Positions 1 to 10,529 of a stretch of DNA of 32,000 nucleotides are shown here, piece after piece. The notes under the pieces are model-generated. The model was not told the DNA's origin. It made no database searches and worked only from the letters and a program-made list of their open reading frames with translations. A program made the position numbers and the translations under genes. Position 1 is the first letter of the stretch, and each line of letters begins with the position of its first letter. The DNA comes from Methanothermobacter thermautotrophicus str. Delta H (GTDB lineage: Archaea; Methanobacteriota; Methanobacteria; Methanobacteriales; Methanothermobacteraceae). The DNA is taken from assembly GCF_000008645.1 (NCBI RefSeq), contig NC_000916.1:540001-572000 (forward strand), in the 5' to 3' direction.

Positions 1-196
1 CCACCCTTCTCGGGTGTATGAGGAATAGCACAGCATTTATTTCACCATTTAATTCGTGAAGATTCCTTTTCTCATCGATAAGCATCCTTGCAGCTACCCT
101 TATTACGTCTGACCTTCCCGAGAATCCCAGCTCATCCCTCAGGGCGTCTATCTCCTCCAGGAGCTTTTCACCGAGTGAAACACTGACAACCACCAT
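1..196 (-). CDS. NikR/CopG-family ribbon-helix-helix metal-responsive regulator (partial, runs off window start)
   Basis: Reverse-strand translation from the ATG at 196: [65 protein letters not shown], a typical RHH N-terminus plus the start of a NikR-like C-domain; divergent from a metal ABC transporter. Not in the ORF track because it is truncated. Confidence 0.85.
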
Positions 197-209
197 GGAA
201 GATCCTATC

Positions 210-248
210 TTAATAAATGTTTATATATTTTATGTTAAAATTTATTAA
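210..248. promoter_or_regulatory. Candidate operator/promoter region: inverted repeat TTAATAAAT-N21-ATTTATTAA between the regulator and transporter genes
   Basis: Exact 9-bp inverted repeat (210-218 and 240-248) in a very A+T-rich divergent intergenic region containing TATA-like sequence. Confidence 0.35.
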
Positions 249-312
249 ATTTTATCGTTTATATTAACAATTATTATATGGTTGCGTTGACATAACTTAA
301 CAGGGTGGTTGG

Positions 313-1200
313 ATGGAGAGGTGGAAGCCAGGTCTAATTGCAGTCATAACCGTCGTATCGGTGGCCGCCATGTACCTCATAACATCCACAACATCACCCT
401 GGAGCAGTGGAGATAACATTACAGTCGCTGTGACCATAATGCCCCAGAAGGAATTCGTGGAGGCCATCGCCGGTGACCGTGCAGAGGTGGTTGTCCTAGT
501 ACCCGAGGGGGCCGACCCACACACCTATGAGCCAGAACCAGAAACCCTCAGGAAGGTTTCAGAGGCCAGGGCCTACTTCATAGTGGGATCAGGAATCGAG
601 TTCGAAAACCACTACCTCAACAAGATAAGGAGCATGAACCCCCGGATGAGGATAATAAACACCTCAAGGGGTATAGAATTAATCCCAAACCAGGGAGAAG
701 ACCATCATCCAGCCGAAAGCCCCTATGACCCCCACGTATGGACATCCCCAGGAAACGCCATGATAATGGTTAACAACACCATGAGGGGCCTGCAGGAAAT
801 CGACCCCACCGGCAGCAGATACTACCAGGAAAACGCAGGCCTCTACACTGAAAAGCTCATGGACCTCGACTTCAGGATCAGGAAGGCCCTTGAAAAAAGG
901 AGAGGAGAGAGCATGCTGGTTTACCATCCAGCATGGGGTTACTTCTGCAGGCAATACGGATTAAAACAGGTGGCGATTGAAAGAGAGGGGAAGGAACCAG
1001 GGCCAGGAACACTCTCCATGATAATCCAGGATGCCAGAGAAGGTGGTGTGAGGGTCATAATGGTATCACCCCAGTTCAGCAGAAAGAACGCCGAGCTTAT
1101 AGCCCGTGAAATAGGTGCAGAGGTCGTTGTGGTGGACCCCCTTGGTGGAAACTACACGAAAAATATTGAAGCAATAGCAGAGGCTCTGAGGAGGAAATGA
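313..1200 (+). CDS. ABC transporter substrate-binding protein, zinc/manganese (ZnuA/TroA-like) family
   Basis: N-terminal TM/signal region, then VAVTIMPQKEFVEAIAGDRAEVVVLVPEGADPHTYEPEPETLRKVSEARAYFIVG...DPHVWTSPGNAMIM...YHPAWGYFCRQYGL; His residues in family positions. Confidence 0.93.
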   Translation: MERWKPGLIAVITVVSVAAMYLITSTTSPWSSGDNITVAVTIMPQKEFVEAIAGDRAEVVVLVPEGADPHTYEPEPETLRKVSEARAYFIVGSGIEFENHYLNKIRSMNPRMRIINTSRGIELIPNQGEDHHPAESPYDPHVWTSPGNAMIMVNNTMRGLQEIDPTGSRYYQENAGLYTEKLMDLDFRIRKALEKRRGESMLVYHPAWGYFCRQYGLKQVAIEREGKEPGPGTLSMIIQDAREGGVRVIMVSPQFSRKNAELIAREIGAEVVVVDPLGGNYTKNIEAIAEALRRK

Positions 1201-1949
1201 ACATGCTCGCCATTGAAATGGAGGATTTAAGCTACTGCATCAATGGTAGGGAGATACTCAGGAACATAAACCTGAAGGTGCCCATGGGGGAACTCCTTGC
1301 AGTTATCGGACCAAACGGTGGTGGTAAAACAACCCTTCTCAGACTCATAACAGGGCAGATCAAACCAACCAGAGGAACCGTCAGGGTTCTTGGAATGAAA
1401 CCAGAGGATTCAAGGTCAAGGATTGGCTACCTCCCCCAGAGGAGCCACTTTGAAACCGACTTCCCCATCAACATCCTCCAGACCGTTCTGATTGGAACCT
1501 ACAGGAGATTCGAGGCACCCACAGATGATGACAGGAAAAAGGCCCTCAGGGCCCTTAAAATGGTTGGAATGCTGGAATACAGGGACCGGAAGATAGGCGA
1601 ACTCTCAGGCGGAGAACTCCAGAGGGTATTCCTTGCAAGGGCTCTTGTAAGAGAACCGGACCTCCTGCTGCTTGATGAACCAACAGCAAGCGTAGACCCT
1701 GCATTCAGGGGTTCATTCTACAGGATAATCGATGAGCTGAGGGATGAAATGACCATAGTTATAGTATCCCATGACATAGGAACAGTGGCACGGCATGTGG
1801 ACAGTGTTGCCTGCCTCAACCACCGGCTTTTCGTGCATGGAACCGTTGAGGAGGCCCTAAAATGCATTGATGATGCTTACGGATGTCCCGTGGAGTTACT
1901 TGCACATGGAATACCCCATAGAGTTCTTGAAGATCATCCCGATGAATGA
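1197..1949 (+). CDS. Metal ABC transporter ATP-binding protein (ZnuC-like)
   Basis: Walker A GPNGGGKTT, signature LSGGELQR, Walker B LLLLDEPTAS; overlaps the previous gene by ATGA. Confidence 0.95.
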   Translation: MNMLAIEMEDLSYCINGREILRNINLKVPMGELLAVIGPNGGGKTTLLRLITGQIKPTRGTVRVLGMKPEDSRSRIGYLPQRSHFETDFPINILQTVLIGTYRRFEAPTDDDRKKALRALKMVGMLEYRDRKIGELSGGELQRVFLARALVREPDLLLLDEPTASVDPAFRGSFYRIIDELRDEMTIVIVSHDIGTVARHVDSVACLNHRLFVHGTVEEALKCIDDAYGCPVELLAHGIPHRVLEDHPDE

Positions 1950-2054
1950 TTGAAATGCTGAATTCCCGGTATCCGAGTACAATGAGAAGATGACAGCATC
2001 AGCTGAATCACAGATACTGAATCCTTATGACGTGAACGATCCAAGGAAGGAGTG

Positions 2055-2861
2055 ATGGGCTTGCTGGAGTTGCTGCAGTACCAGTTCATGAGGAACGCGG
2101 CTGTCGCAGCCATACTTGTAAGTATAGCTTGCGGTGCAGTTGGGAGCTACGTTGTAACAAAGAGGATAGTGTCAATAAGTGGCGGCATATCCCATGCAGC
2201 CTTTGGTGGCGTGGGCCTCGGCTACTTCCTCGGGGTGAACCCGATCACATCTGCCATACCCTTCACGGTGGCTGCAGCCCTTACGATGGGTGCAGTGACA
2301 CGGAGGACCCGTATAAGTGAGGACACTGCAATAGGGGTGCTCTGGTCCGCAGGGATGGCCCTGGGTATACTTTTCATAAACCTCAGCCCGGGCTATGCAC
2401 CGGACCTCTTCAGCTACCTCTTCGGTAACATACTCATGGTAGACAACGGGGACCTCTGGACCATGCTGGTGCTTGACCTCATCATAATATCAAGTGCCCT
2501 CCTGTTCAACAGGGAGTTCGTTGCCATCTGCTTTGATGAGGAGTACGCCGAGGTTCTGGGTGTCCCTGTCGACGCCTTCTACCTGTACCTCCTTGTCCTT
2601 GTTGCCATAAGTGTTGTGGTTCTCATAAAGGCTGCCGGAATAATACTTGTGATGGCCCTCCTAACAATCCCTGCAGCACTTGCAAAGGATTTCAGTTCAG
2701 ATATGGCTGATATAATGGTTAAGGCATCGGCTATAGGTATAATCACGGCCCTCGCAGGCCTCTGGATCTCATATATATTCAACGTATCTTCAGGTGCAGT
2801 TATAGTGCTGGTCCTCACAGCTCTCTTTGGTGCTGTTCAGTTCATCAAAAGACGGTTTTGA
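2055..2861 (+). CDS. Metal ABC transporter permease (ZnuB-like)
   Basis: Multi-TM protein: [34 protein letters not shown]...[19 protein letters not shown] just upstream of GTGATG (ORF track uses the GTG at 2052). Confidence 0.93.
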   Translation: MGLLELLQYQFMRNAAVAAILVSIACGAVGSYVVTKRIVSISGGISHAAFGGVGLGYFLGVNPITSAIPFTVAAALTMGAVTRRTRISEDTAIGVLWSAGMALGILFINLSPGYAPDLFSYLFGNILMVDNGDLWTMLVLDLIIISSALLFNREFVAICFDEEYAEVLGVPVDAFYLYLLVLVAISVVVLIKAAGIILVMALLTIPAALAKDFSSDMADIMVKASAIGIITALAGLWISYIFNVSSGAVIVLVLTALFGAVQFIKRRF

Positions 2862-2936
2862 TTACATTTGAACTGATTGGCCTTAAAAGGGTATGAAGCC
2901 AATAAATACATTAAAGATGGTGCAGAACACTAGAAC

Positions 2937-3143
2937 ATGAAGTGCGGATCTGACCTCAGGGATACACTTAAATCGGCGATCGGTGATTACCTCAGCATAA
3001 CCCTCATAACCGGTAAAACATATTATGGTGAGGTTAAAAGGGTGGAAACAGATTACATTAGCCTTGAATTAAAATTAAGGGGTGGTAGAACCACCACCAC
3101 TGTCATAATACCACTTGCACATATCGTGACCATAACCCTATGA
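2937..3143 (+). CDS. Small Sm/LSm-like protein (68 aa)
   Basis: MKCGSDLRDTLKSAIGDYLSITLITGKTYYGEVKRVETDYISLELKLRGGRTTTTVIIPLAHIVTITL resembles an Sm-fold strand pattern (lxvxLxtGKxYyGexkxvexDyIxLel); TATA-like AATAAATAC upstream. Confidence 0.55.
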   Translation: MKCGSDLRDTLKSAIGDYLSITLITGKTYYGEVKRVETDYISLELKLRGGRTTTTVIIPLAHIVTITL

Positions 3144-3214
3144 TCACCTTAAAAACAGTGAAAGATATGGTAGTATCCACTGCCTTCCCAGCACAGCCTT
3201 AAAAACAGTAAAGG

Positions 3215-3883
3215 TCACCTGAGAATCTTAAGACCCTCAGAGGTACCTGCTATAACCATATCTGCAATTCCAGCGAATATGCCGTTCTCAACAACACCCG
3301 GTATGTTGTTCAGCCGGGACTCCATGGCTCCGGGATCATCAATAACACCAAAGGCCGCGTCAAGGACAAAGTTACCATTATCAGTAACAACAGGACCGTC
3401 CTTGCCCTCAGAGGACCTTATATTCACTGAAGCCCCCATTGACTCGAGTTTGAGCTTCACAGGCCTGCAAGCTGCGGGTATGACTTCAACAGGTAGTGGG
3501 AAGGCACCCAGTCTTTCAACAAGCTTTGATTCGTCCACAATAACTATGAAACTCGCGGCGGATGAGTCAACTATCTTCTCAAGGGTGTGGGCGGCCCCAC
3601 CACCCTTTATAAGGTTGAGGTCCGGGTCAACCTCATCTGCACCGTCAACAGCCACATCAACATCATGTTCAGCGAGACTTGTAACCTTTATCCCTGACTC
3701 CGCTGCAAGGAACATTGACTGGTAGGATGTAGGTACACCCATAACCTCCAGTCCCTCCTCCCTGACACGTCTTCCAAGCTCCTCTATGAAGTAATGGGTT
3801 GTTGAACCTGTTCCAAGACCTACAACATCCCCATCATCTATTTCGTCAACCGCCCTCAAAGCAGCCATCTTCTTGAGATTCAT
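3215..3883 (-). CDS. rpiA: Ribose-5-phosphate isomerase A
   Basis: VVGLGTGSTTHYFIEELGRR...DVAVDGADEVDPDLNLIKGGGAAHTLEKIVDSSA; start set at ATG 3883 preceded by GGAGGT (ORF track start 3895). Confidence 0.96.
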   Translation of the reverse strand: MNLKKMAALRAVDEIDDGDVVGLGTGSTTHYFIEELGRRVREEGLEVMGVPTSYQSMFLAAESGIKVTSLAEHDVDVAVDGADEVDPDLNLIKGGGAAHTLEKIVDSSAASFIVIVDESKLVERLGAFPLPVEVIPAACRPVKLKLESMGASVNIRSSEGKDGPVVTDNGNFVLDAAFGVIDDPGAMESRLNNIPGVVENGIFAGIADMVIAGTSEGLKILR

Positions 3884-3896
3884 AAATACCTCCATC

Positions 3897-4340
3897 TCAT
3901 TTTTTATCCAGAGGTCTTAAAAGGACCCTTCTCAGTTCATTCCCTGCAGGGCACTGTTTTCCAGGTTTTCCCAGATTTTTTACAATCCTGCACCTGTCAC
4001 CCTCCATGACACCCTCCGGGAAGCAGAGGTCCCTCATGCTGCACTCAACGTCACAGTCAGGGAACTCAAAGGAGATCACTGAACCTTCAAAGGCCCTCTT
4101 GGAATCTATGAGAACCTCTATATTGGCCTTCTCAACATCGACCACGCGTACCCTCTCACCGAGGTGTATGGGGCATCTCTGGTACCTGTCCTTAACCTCA
4201 TTGATGTGGTAGACTCTCCCCTCCTCGAGGGGTGCTATACATGTCGGCTGGAACCTGCAGTCTCTGCACTTCTCAGCCGGTCCGCAGAAGAGGAACATTG
4301 ACCCCTTCCTGGCAAGTTTTTCACCGATAAGAGTTATCAA
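3897..4340 (-). CDS. UPF0179 family protein (Cys-rich, conserved archaeal)
   Basis: MITLIGEKLARKGSMFLFCGPAEKCRDCRFQPTCIAPLEEGRVYHINEVKDRYQRCPIHLGERVRVVDVEKANIEVLI; several CxxC-type cysteines. Confidence 0.88.
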   Translation of the reverse strand: MITLIGEKLARKGSMFLFCGPAEKCRDCRFQPTCIAPLEEGRVYHINEVKDRYQRCPIHLGERVRVVDVEKANIEVLIDSKRAFEGSVISFEFPDCDVECSMRDLCFPEGVMEGDRCRIVKNLGKPGKQCPAGNELRRVLLRPLDKK

Positions 4341-5384
4341 TCATATCACTTCCGTTATCTTTGCAAGCCTTTCGGCGGCTTCACGGGTTAAACCCCTGTC
4401 TCCAAGGATGGTGTAGCGTTCCCTACGGATGTTGTGGGCCATCGTGAGGGCCTCAATGATGTACTCAGGATCTATACCAAGCTCAGCTGCAGTCGTGGGG
4501 GCGTTTATACGGGCAAGAGCGTCCCTTATGAACTGCCAGTCCCCTCCATGGAGGTGCATCATCATTATGGTTCCCACACCACACTGTTCACCGTGGAGGG
4601 CTGGTTTGGGTGCTATCATGTCAAGGGCATGGCTGAACTTGTGCTCGGAGCCACTGGCGGGTCTGCTGCTCCCGGCTATACTTATGGCTATGCCGCTGCT
4701 TATGAGGGATTTGACTGCCAGCCTGGCGCTCTCCTCAAGGCCCTCCTTTATTGCGTCGGCAGACTTTATTATCATCTTGGCTGTCATCAGGGAAAGAGCC
4801 GCTGCAGATTCACTGTACCTCTCATTCAGGAGCCTGTGGGCAAGTTTCCAGTCCATTATGGCTGTGTAATTCGATATTATGTCGGCGCAGCCAGATGCCA
4901 GGAGCCTGAATGGTGCCCTGCTTATTATCTCGGTATCAGCTATTACACCTATGGGTGATGAGGCCTCAAGGGATGCTGTACCTTCACCATTCCTTATGGA
5001 TGCCCGTGGAGATGCTATGCCATCATGGGATGCTGCAGTCGGGACACTTATGAAATGGAGGCCCTCAAGGGTGGCGGACATCTTCGCAACATCTATGACC
5101 TTACCTCCACCAACCCCGAGGACAACCGAAACGCCGTCAAGGCCATCCTGCACATTCCTCACAGATGCCATGGTGGCATCATCGACGGTTACCTGGTCAA
5201 CTTCAAATCCCTCGGCCTGGAGGCTCTCAATGGCAGCCTCCCCTGCAATCTGAAGGGTCCTTGGTCCGGTTACAACCATGGCCCTGCCCTCAAATCTCAG
5301 GTCCCTGCATATCCTCCCTGTGTCCTCGATAACACCTGGCCCTGTGTATATCTCCCTTGGTAGCTGAATTTTCCTTGGATCCAT
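4341..5384 (-). CDS. egsA: sn-Glycerol-1-phosphate dehydrogenase
   Basis: [16 protein letters not shown]...[20 protein letters not shown]...[17 protein letters not shown]...[12 protein letters not shown]...[18 protein letters not shown]: archaeal G1P dehydrogenase signatures. Confidence 0.96.
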   Translation of the reverse strand: MDPRKIQLPREIYTGPGVIEDTGRICRDLRFEGRAMVVTGPRTLQIAGEAAIESLQAEGFEVDQVTVDDATMASVRNVQDGLDGVSVVLGVGGGKVIDVAKMSATLEGLHFISVPTAASHDGIASPRASIRNGEGTASLEASSPIGVIADTEIISRAPFRLLASGCADIISNYTAIMDWKLAHRLLNERYSESAAALSLMTAKMIIKSADAIKEGLEESARLAVKSLISSGIAISIAGSSRPASGSEHKFSHALDMIAPKPALHGEQCGVGTIMMMHLHGGDWQFIRDALARINAPTTAAELGIDPEYIIEALTMAHNIRRERYTILGDRGLTREAAERLAKITEVI

Positions 5385-5468
5385 GTTAACCCTCTAATGG
5401 AGTATATTTTAAGTAGGAGTAATAAAATAATTTTTGATTAGTGTTTATCTCCAGGGAAAAATATATTT

Positions 5469-6917
5469 TTGCAGAAACCTATCAAAAAAGACCCTAACCG
5501 TTATCATGGTGAAAAAATGACAGAGTTCAGTGAATGGTTCCATAACATTTTAGAGGAAGCCGAAATTATCGATCAGAGGTACCCCGTTAAGGGCATGCAC
5601 GTCTGGATGCCCCACGGATTCATGATAAGGAAGAATACCCTGAAAATCCTCAGGAGGATACTTGACAGGGACCATGAAGAGGTACTGTTCCCGCTTCTCG
5701 TACCGGAGGATGAACTGGCAAAGGAGGCCATACACGTAAAGGGATTCGAGGACGAGGTCTACTGGGTGACCCACGGCGGCCTTAGCAAACTCCAGAGAAA
5801 ACTTGCCCTGAGGCCCACAAGTGAAACCGTAATGTACCCCATGTTCGCCCTCTGGGTCAGGTCACACACGGACCTCCCCATGAGGTTCTACCAGGTGGTC
5901 AACACCTTCAGGTATGAAACAAAACACACGAGGCCCCTGATAAGGGTCCGTGAGATAACAACCTTCAAGGAGGCCCACACTATACATGCAACCGCCTCTG
6001 AAGCAGAAGAGCAGGTCGAAAGGGCGGTGGAGATCTATAAAGAATTCTTTAACTCCCTAGGGATCCCCTACCTGATAACCAGGAGGCCACCATGGGACAA
6101 ATTCCCGGGGTCAGAGTACACTGTTGCCTTCGACACCCTCATGCCCGATGGTAAGACCCTCCAGATTGGAACCGTCCACAACCTCGGCCAGACCTTCGCA
6201 AGGACCTTCGAGATAAAATTTGAAACCCCTGAGGGGGACCATGAATACGTCCACCAGACCTGCTACGGACTATCCGACAGGGTCATAGCCTCGGTGATAG
6301 CCATCCACGGTGACGAATCCGGGCTCTGCCTCCCCCCTGATGTGGCGGCCCATCAGGTGGTGATAGTGCCCATAATATTCAAGAAGGCCGCGGAGGAGGT
6401 TATGGAGGCCTGCAGGGAACTCAGATCCCGGCTTGAGGCGGCCGGGTTCAGGGTGCACCTTGATGACCGTGACATCAGGGCCGGCAGGAAGTACTATGAG
6501 TGGGAGATGCGCGGAGTACCTCTGAGGGTCGAGATCGGGCCAAGGGACCTTGAAAAGGGTGCGGCAGTGATATCACGGAGAGATACTGGTGAGAAGGTAA
6601 CCGCCGACCTCCAGGGCATTGAGGAAACCCTCAGGGAGCTCATGAAAGACATCCTGGAAAACCTCAGAACAAGGGCATGGGAGAGGATGGAGTCAGAGAT
6701 CCGGGAGGCTGAGACCCTCGAGGAGGCCTCAAGAATAGTAGATGAAAAGAGGGGCATCATATCATTCATGTGGTGCGGTGAAGAGGAATGCGGTATGGAT
6801 GTTGAGGAGAAGGTCCGCGTGGACATCCTGGGAATACAGGAGGAAGGAAGCGGAACCTGCATAAACTGTGGCCGCGAGGCCCCTACAGGGCTTACCTTGC
6901 CAGAACATATTAGCTGA
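5469..6917 (+). CDS. proS: Prolyl-tRNA synthetase (archaeal/eukaryotic type)
   Basis: Class II aaRS motifs ([30 protein letters not shown]), C-terminal Zn-binding-like tail [10 protein letters not shown]...[13 protein letters not shown] start at 5469; alternative ATG at 5517. Confidence 0.96.
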
Positions 6918-6967
6918 TGAGTAAAATAATTCCGGGTCACGGTACATCATATGAGATGGGAGATTGA

Positions 6968-7669
6968 ATGAAAGGAAGAATAATCCTGGTCATCGGAACA
7001 ATATTCCTGTTCGCGTTCCTCAGCGGAATTATCGGGTACGTCACCATGGGCGGCCCCGACCTTGAAACAGCCTACCATGAGGGCAACGTGGAGATCACAC
7101 AGAAGAGCAGCGCCGGTGAGGTGCCCCACACCATTGAGGTTAAGAACCCCGGTCAGAGGCCGGTACGGGTTAAAACAGGGACCATCCTCAGATCTGAAAC
7201 ATCAGGAGGCCTGGTGACAGCAGAAAACACTGAGGTGGCACCGGAGTCATCTGCAGAGGTCCTCGCGTACTCCCTTGAACCTGAGAGGAGGACCATGAAA
7301 GGCGCTGGCCTTGAACCGGCAGGGACGGTACCGTCACTCATGGAGGATGTGATCTCATCATCAAACCCTGAAGATCCCCGGGACGCCTTCAGGACACAGC
7401 TCATGATATGGATCCTTGCAAGGGGAGACGACCTCAACATATACCGGGGAGAGGTCTACGCCACGGTGAAGGGGAGGGATATGAGGTTCTACCAGCTCAG
7501 GGACAACATAACAGCTGTTAAATCAGAACTTGCATCAGAATATGGCCTCACAGAGGACCAGTTAAGTGAGGTGAACATCAACAGTTCACTTCTTAACAGG
7601 AGCCAGAGCCCATTCAAGATTTTCTCCATGCTCGAGGGTCTTAAAAATAGGTTTGGAGCGATACCATGA
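6968..7669 (+). CDS. Membrane-anchored extracytoplasmic protein of unknown function
   Basis: Single N-terminal TM (IILVIGTIFLFAFLSGIIGYV) then a soluble beta-rich domain; overlaps cofC by ATGA. Confidence 0.75.
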   Translation: MKGRIILVIGTIFLFAFLSGIIGYVTMGGPDLETAYHEGNVEITQKSSAGEVPHTIEVKNPGQRPVRVKTGTILRSETSGGLVTAENTEVAPESSAEVLAYSLEPERRTMKGAGLEPAGTVPSLMEDVISSSNPEDPRDAFRTQLMIWILARGDDLNIYRGEVYATVKGRDMRFYQLRDNITAVKSELASEYGLTEDQLSEVNINSSLLNRSQSPFKIFSMLEGLKNRFGAIP

Positions 7670-8337
7670 AGACGTGCGCCATAATACCTGTCTCACGATT
7701 CACACATGCAAAGACCCGGCTCTCACCCACCCTTTCACCATCAGAGAGGGAGGGGCTGCTGAAGGCCATGCTCATGGATGTATCGGGGGCCCTTGCCAGA
7801 CACGTGGACAGGGTCCTGGTTATAAGTGCAGATGAGGATGTCCTGGAATACGCATACAGCCTCGGACTTAAGATACTTGAGGAGGAGGGTGAGAGGGACC
7901 TCAACGGGGCCCTTGAGCAGGCAATGGACTTCTGCGCCCCGGAATTTGACAGGGTGATCATAACCCCCTCAGACATACCACTGATAGGGAAAGCAGATGT
8001 CAGCAACCTCCTGGACCATGCATCCCGCGCAGATGTTGTTATAGCGCCGGCGAATGGTGGCGGGACAAACACCCTCATATTAAGACCCTCTGCAATGAGC
8101 CTCAGGTTCGGTGACTGCAGCTTCTTTGAACACATACATGAGGCCAGGGAGAGGGGACTCAGCGTATCGGTCTATGACTCATTCTACCTATCCCTCGATG
8201 TCAACACTGCGGAGGACCTCGGTGAGATAATACTCCACGGTGAGGGGACCCACGCAAGGGAGTACCTCAGAAAACTCCGCTTCACAGTTAAACCCTCCCG
8301 GGGTTCGGACAGGCTGGAGGTTTCAAGGTCACCCTGA
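7666..8337 (+). CDS. cofC: 2-phospho-L-lactate guanylyltransferase (coenzyme F420 biosynthesis)
   Basis: CAIIPVSRFTHAKTRLSPTLSPSEREGLLKAMLMDV...VIITPSDIPLIGKADV...VVIAPANGGGTNTLIL: CofC family. Confidence 0.93.
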   Translation: MKTCAIIPVSRFTHAKTRLSPTLSPSEREGLLKAMLMDVSGALARHVDRVLVISADEDVLEYAYSLGLKILEEEGERDLNGALEQAMDFCAPEFDRVIITPSDIPLIGKADVSNLLDHASRADVVIAPANGGGTNTLILRPSAMSLRFGDCSFFEHIHEARERGLSVSVYDSFYLSLDVNTAEDLGEIILHGEGTHAREYLRKLRFTVKPSRGSDRLEVSRSP

Positions 8338-8350
8338 AGGAGGTGAAATC

Positions 8351-9112
8351 ATGCTGGCACTCTCAATCGCAGGCTTCGACCCATCAGGAGGGGCGGGTAT
8401 ACTTGCAGATATAAAGACCTTCTCTGCCCTGGGGGTGTACGGTGCAGGTGTCATAACCGCATTGACAGCCCAGAACGTGGGGAGGGTCTCCGGTATAATG
8501 CCAGTACCCCCTGGATTTGTGGAGGAACAGCTCGACCTTGTGATGGAGGACCTTCCAGTTGTGCATGCAAAGACAGGAATGCTCTACAGTGCAGAGATAG
8601 TGGAGGCCGTTGCAGAGAAGGTGCGTGAGTACGGTCTGAGGGTGATTGTTGACCCGGTCATGGTGGCTGCATCCGGGGGTGAACTCTCAGAGGGGAACTT
8701 TGTGAGGGCACTGAGGAGGCACCTCCTCCCTGAGGCCCTGATCGTGACACCCAATGTCGCTGAGGCAGAGAGGCTCTCAGATATCCCCATAGGGACCGTG
8801 GATGATGCAATAAGGGCTGCCAGGGTCATAGGTGAACTCTGCGATGTCATAATCACGGGGGGTCACCTCGGCGGGAGGAGTGTAATCCTGATCGACGGTG
8901 ATGTGGAGGTTCTTGAGGGGAAACTTCTTGATAGCCGGAACACCCATGGGAGTGGATGCTCCTTCTCAGCTGCAACGGCAGCATACCTTGAGAGGGGGCT
9001 TGACCTGGGGGAAGCCCTGAGGATGGCCGACGACTTTGTGAGGGAGGCCATAAGGCACGGGCACCACGGTACCCTCAATCAGTTCTGGATGCACGGCAGG
9101 TACCCTGAATAG
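8351..9112 (+). CDS. thiD: Hydroxymethylpyrimidine/phosphomethylpyrimidine kinase
   Basis: MLALSIAGFDPSGGAGILADIKTFSALGVYGAGVITALTAQN...DSRNTHGSGCSFSAATAAYLERG; GGAGGTGA RBS at 8338-8346. The ORF-track start at 8240 lies inside cofC. Confidence 0.93.
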   Translation: MLALSIAGFDPSGGAGILADIKTFSALGVYGAGVITALTAQNVGRVSGIMPVPPGFVEEQLDLVMEDLPVVHAKTGMLYSAEIVEAVAEKVREYGLRVIVDPVMVAASGGELSEGNFVRALRRHLLPEALIVTPNVAEAERLSDIPIGTVDDAIRAARVIGELCDVIITGGHLGGRSVILIDGDVEVLEGKLLDSRNTHGSGCSFSAATAAYLERGLDLGEALRMADDFVREAIRHGHHGTLNQFWMHGRYPE

Positions 9113-9333
9113 TCCATTAACTGAAAATAATTCGGATTTTTATTTCCGGCCCCTGACGGATCATGTCATGATGAATTTTTGTGTACTGTAAGAGTCAGAT
9201 GTTTGAGTTTGAGTCATTGCATAGCACCTTAATGATCCCATATGGTCTGCAGAATTGATAGTTTGATAAAGTTGGGATCTGGAAAGCTTAACAGAAACTT
9301 CAGTCAGTGGAATAAAAAAATAAGGTATACGGT

Positions 9334-10356
9334 CTAGAGGAGTTCATCCCTGAGGTCAATCGTATCCTCAAGTGATGGCCCCGTGGATATTATGGTAACC
9401 GGGACCCCCGTCGCGGATTCTATATCCTCAATGAAACGTTTAACCTCAGCGGAAAGGTCAGAGTACTCCCTGACACGTTCACATTCAGGGTAAAGCCTGT
9501 CGACACAGGTTACAGCGATCTGCGTGGCTCCATTGATCATGCATGATTCACGGGCCATCTCCATGTCAAAGAGACCTATCCTCCTCCTTCTACCTGTAAC
9601 GGTACCGTACTCCTCAAGGCCCATCTCCTCAGCCTCCTCCTGGCTGATCTCGGTTGGGAATGGGCCCTCACCCACCCTTGTAATGTAGGATTTGAAGACA
9701 GCTATGACCTCATCAACCCTTGTGGGTCCTATGCCGACATCTGCAGCCGCAGTGCTTGCAGTTGTGTCCTTACTCGTAACGTAGGGGTAGGTCCCGTAGT
9801 AGAGGGAGAGGCCGAAGCCCTGTGAGCCCTCAACAAATACGTCCTCGCCCTCATCGAGTGCCTCATTGACCTCAAGGGGGACGTCAGTCAGGAAGTCCCC
9901 AAGTTCCTCCACTTCACGGGCGAGCTTCGCAGTCCTCATCACGCGCTCAGCATTGGCCGGGCCGCACCCGGTGCCTGTGCTCCCTATCTTCTTGGAGAGG
10001 TAACTGGAGGACTGGTCCTGCTCCTTGTGCTTCCTCTCTATTATGGCGCACCTGTAGTCAACCCCTGTCCTGTCAGCGACACTGTACTTTGAGAGGTACT
10101 CCATCTCATGGAGGAAGACCTCGGGGTCGACCAGGACCCCCGCCCCTATCAGGAGCCTTGCATCCTCATGGAAGAAACCTGATGGGGTTAACCTGAGCCC
10201 GTACTTATCTCCCCTGAACTCAACGGAATGGCCCGCGTTTGGTCCCACACCTGCCCTTGCGATTATTGATGGCTTGTCATTGTAACAGAGATATGTGATA
10301 CATTTGCCTTTACCTTCGTCACCCCATCCTCCTCCAACTAAAACGGTGCATGTCAT
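9334..10356 (-). CDS. purA: Adenylosuccinate synthetase (short archaeal form)
   Basis: [19 protein letters not shown]...GPNAGHSV...[16 protein letters not shown]...[11 protein letters not shown]. Confidence 0.95.
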
Positions 10357-10529
10357 GGTGATTCTCCCTAAAATTTCTGCCTCTCATATATTAAGGGGTA
10401 TCCAATAAAAGTTTTTCCCACCTCATCATTAACCCTCCAAGTTTTCAAGGGGTTTTTCACACCTCAGGATGAACGCCCTTTTCCAGCAGGATGCAGCCGA
10501 ATTCCATCCAGGTTCTGTGATGAAATAGG

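Noticed and set aside
3279-3725. 148-aa plus-strand ORF
   Set aside because: Antisense shadow of rpiA.
7641-8135. 164-aa minus-strand ORF
   Set aside because: Shadow of cofC; Ser-rich with no RBS or family motif.
9160-9172. 13-bp palindrome ATCATG-T-CATGAT downstream of thiD, containing a perfect C-box-like ATGATGA
   Set aside because: No convincing D box (CTGA) or C'/D' pair at proper spacing, so a C/D sRNA is not supported; a single short palindrome is weak evidence.
10357-10529. Gap between purA and the ATPase gene with a possible AACCC...GGGTT hairpin
   Set aside because: Only a 5-bp stem; insufficient to call a terminator or riboswitch.
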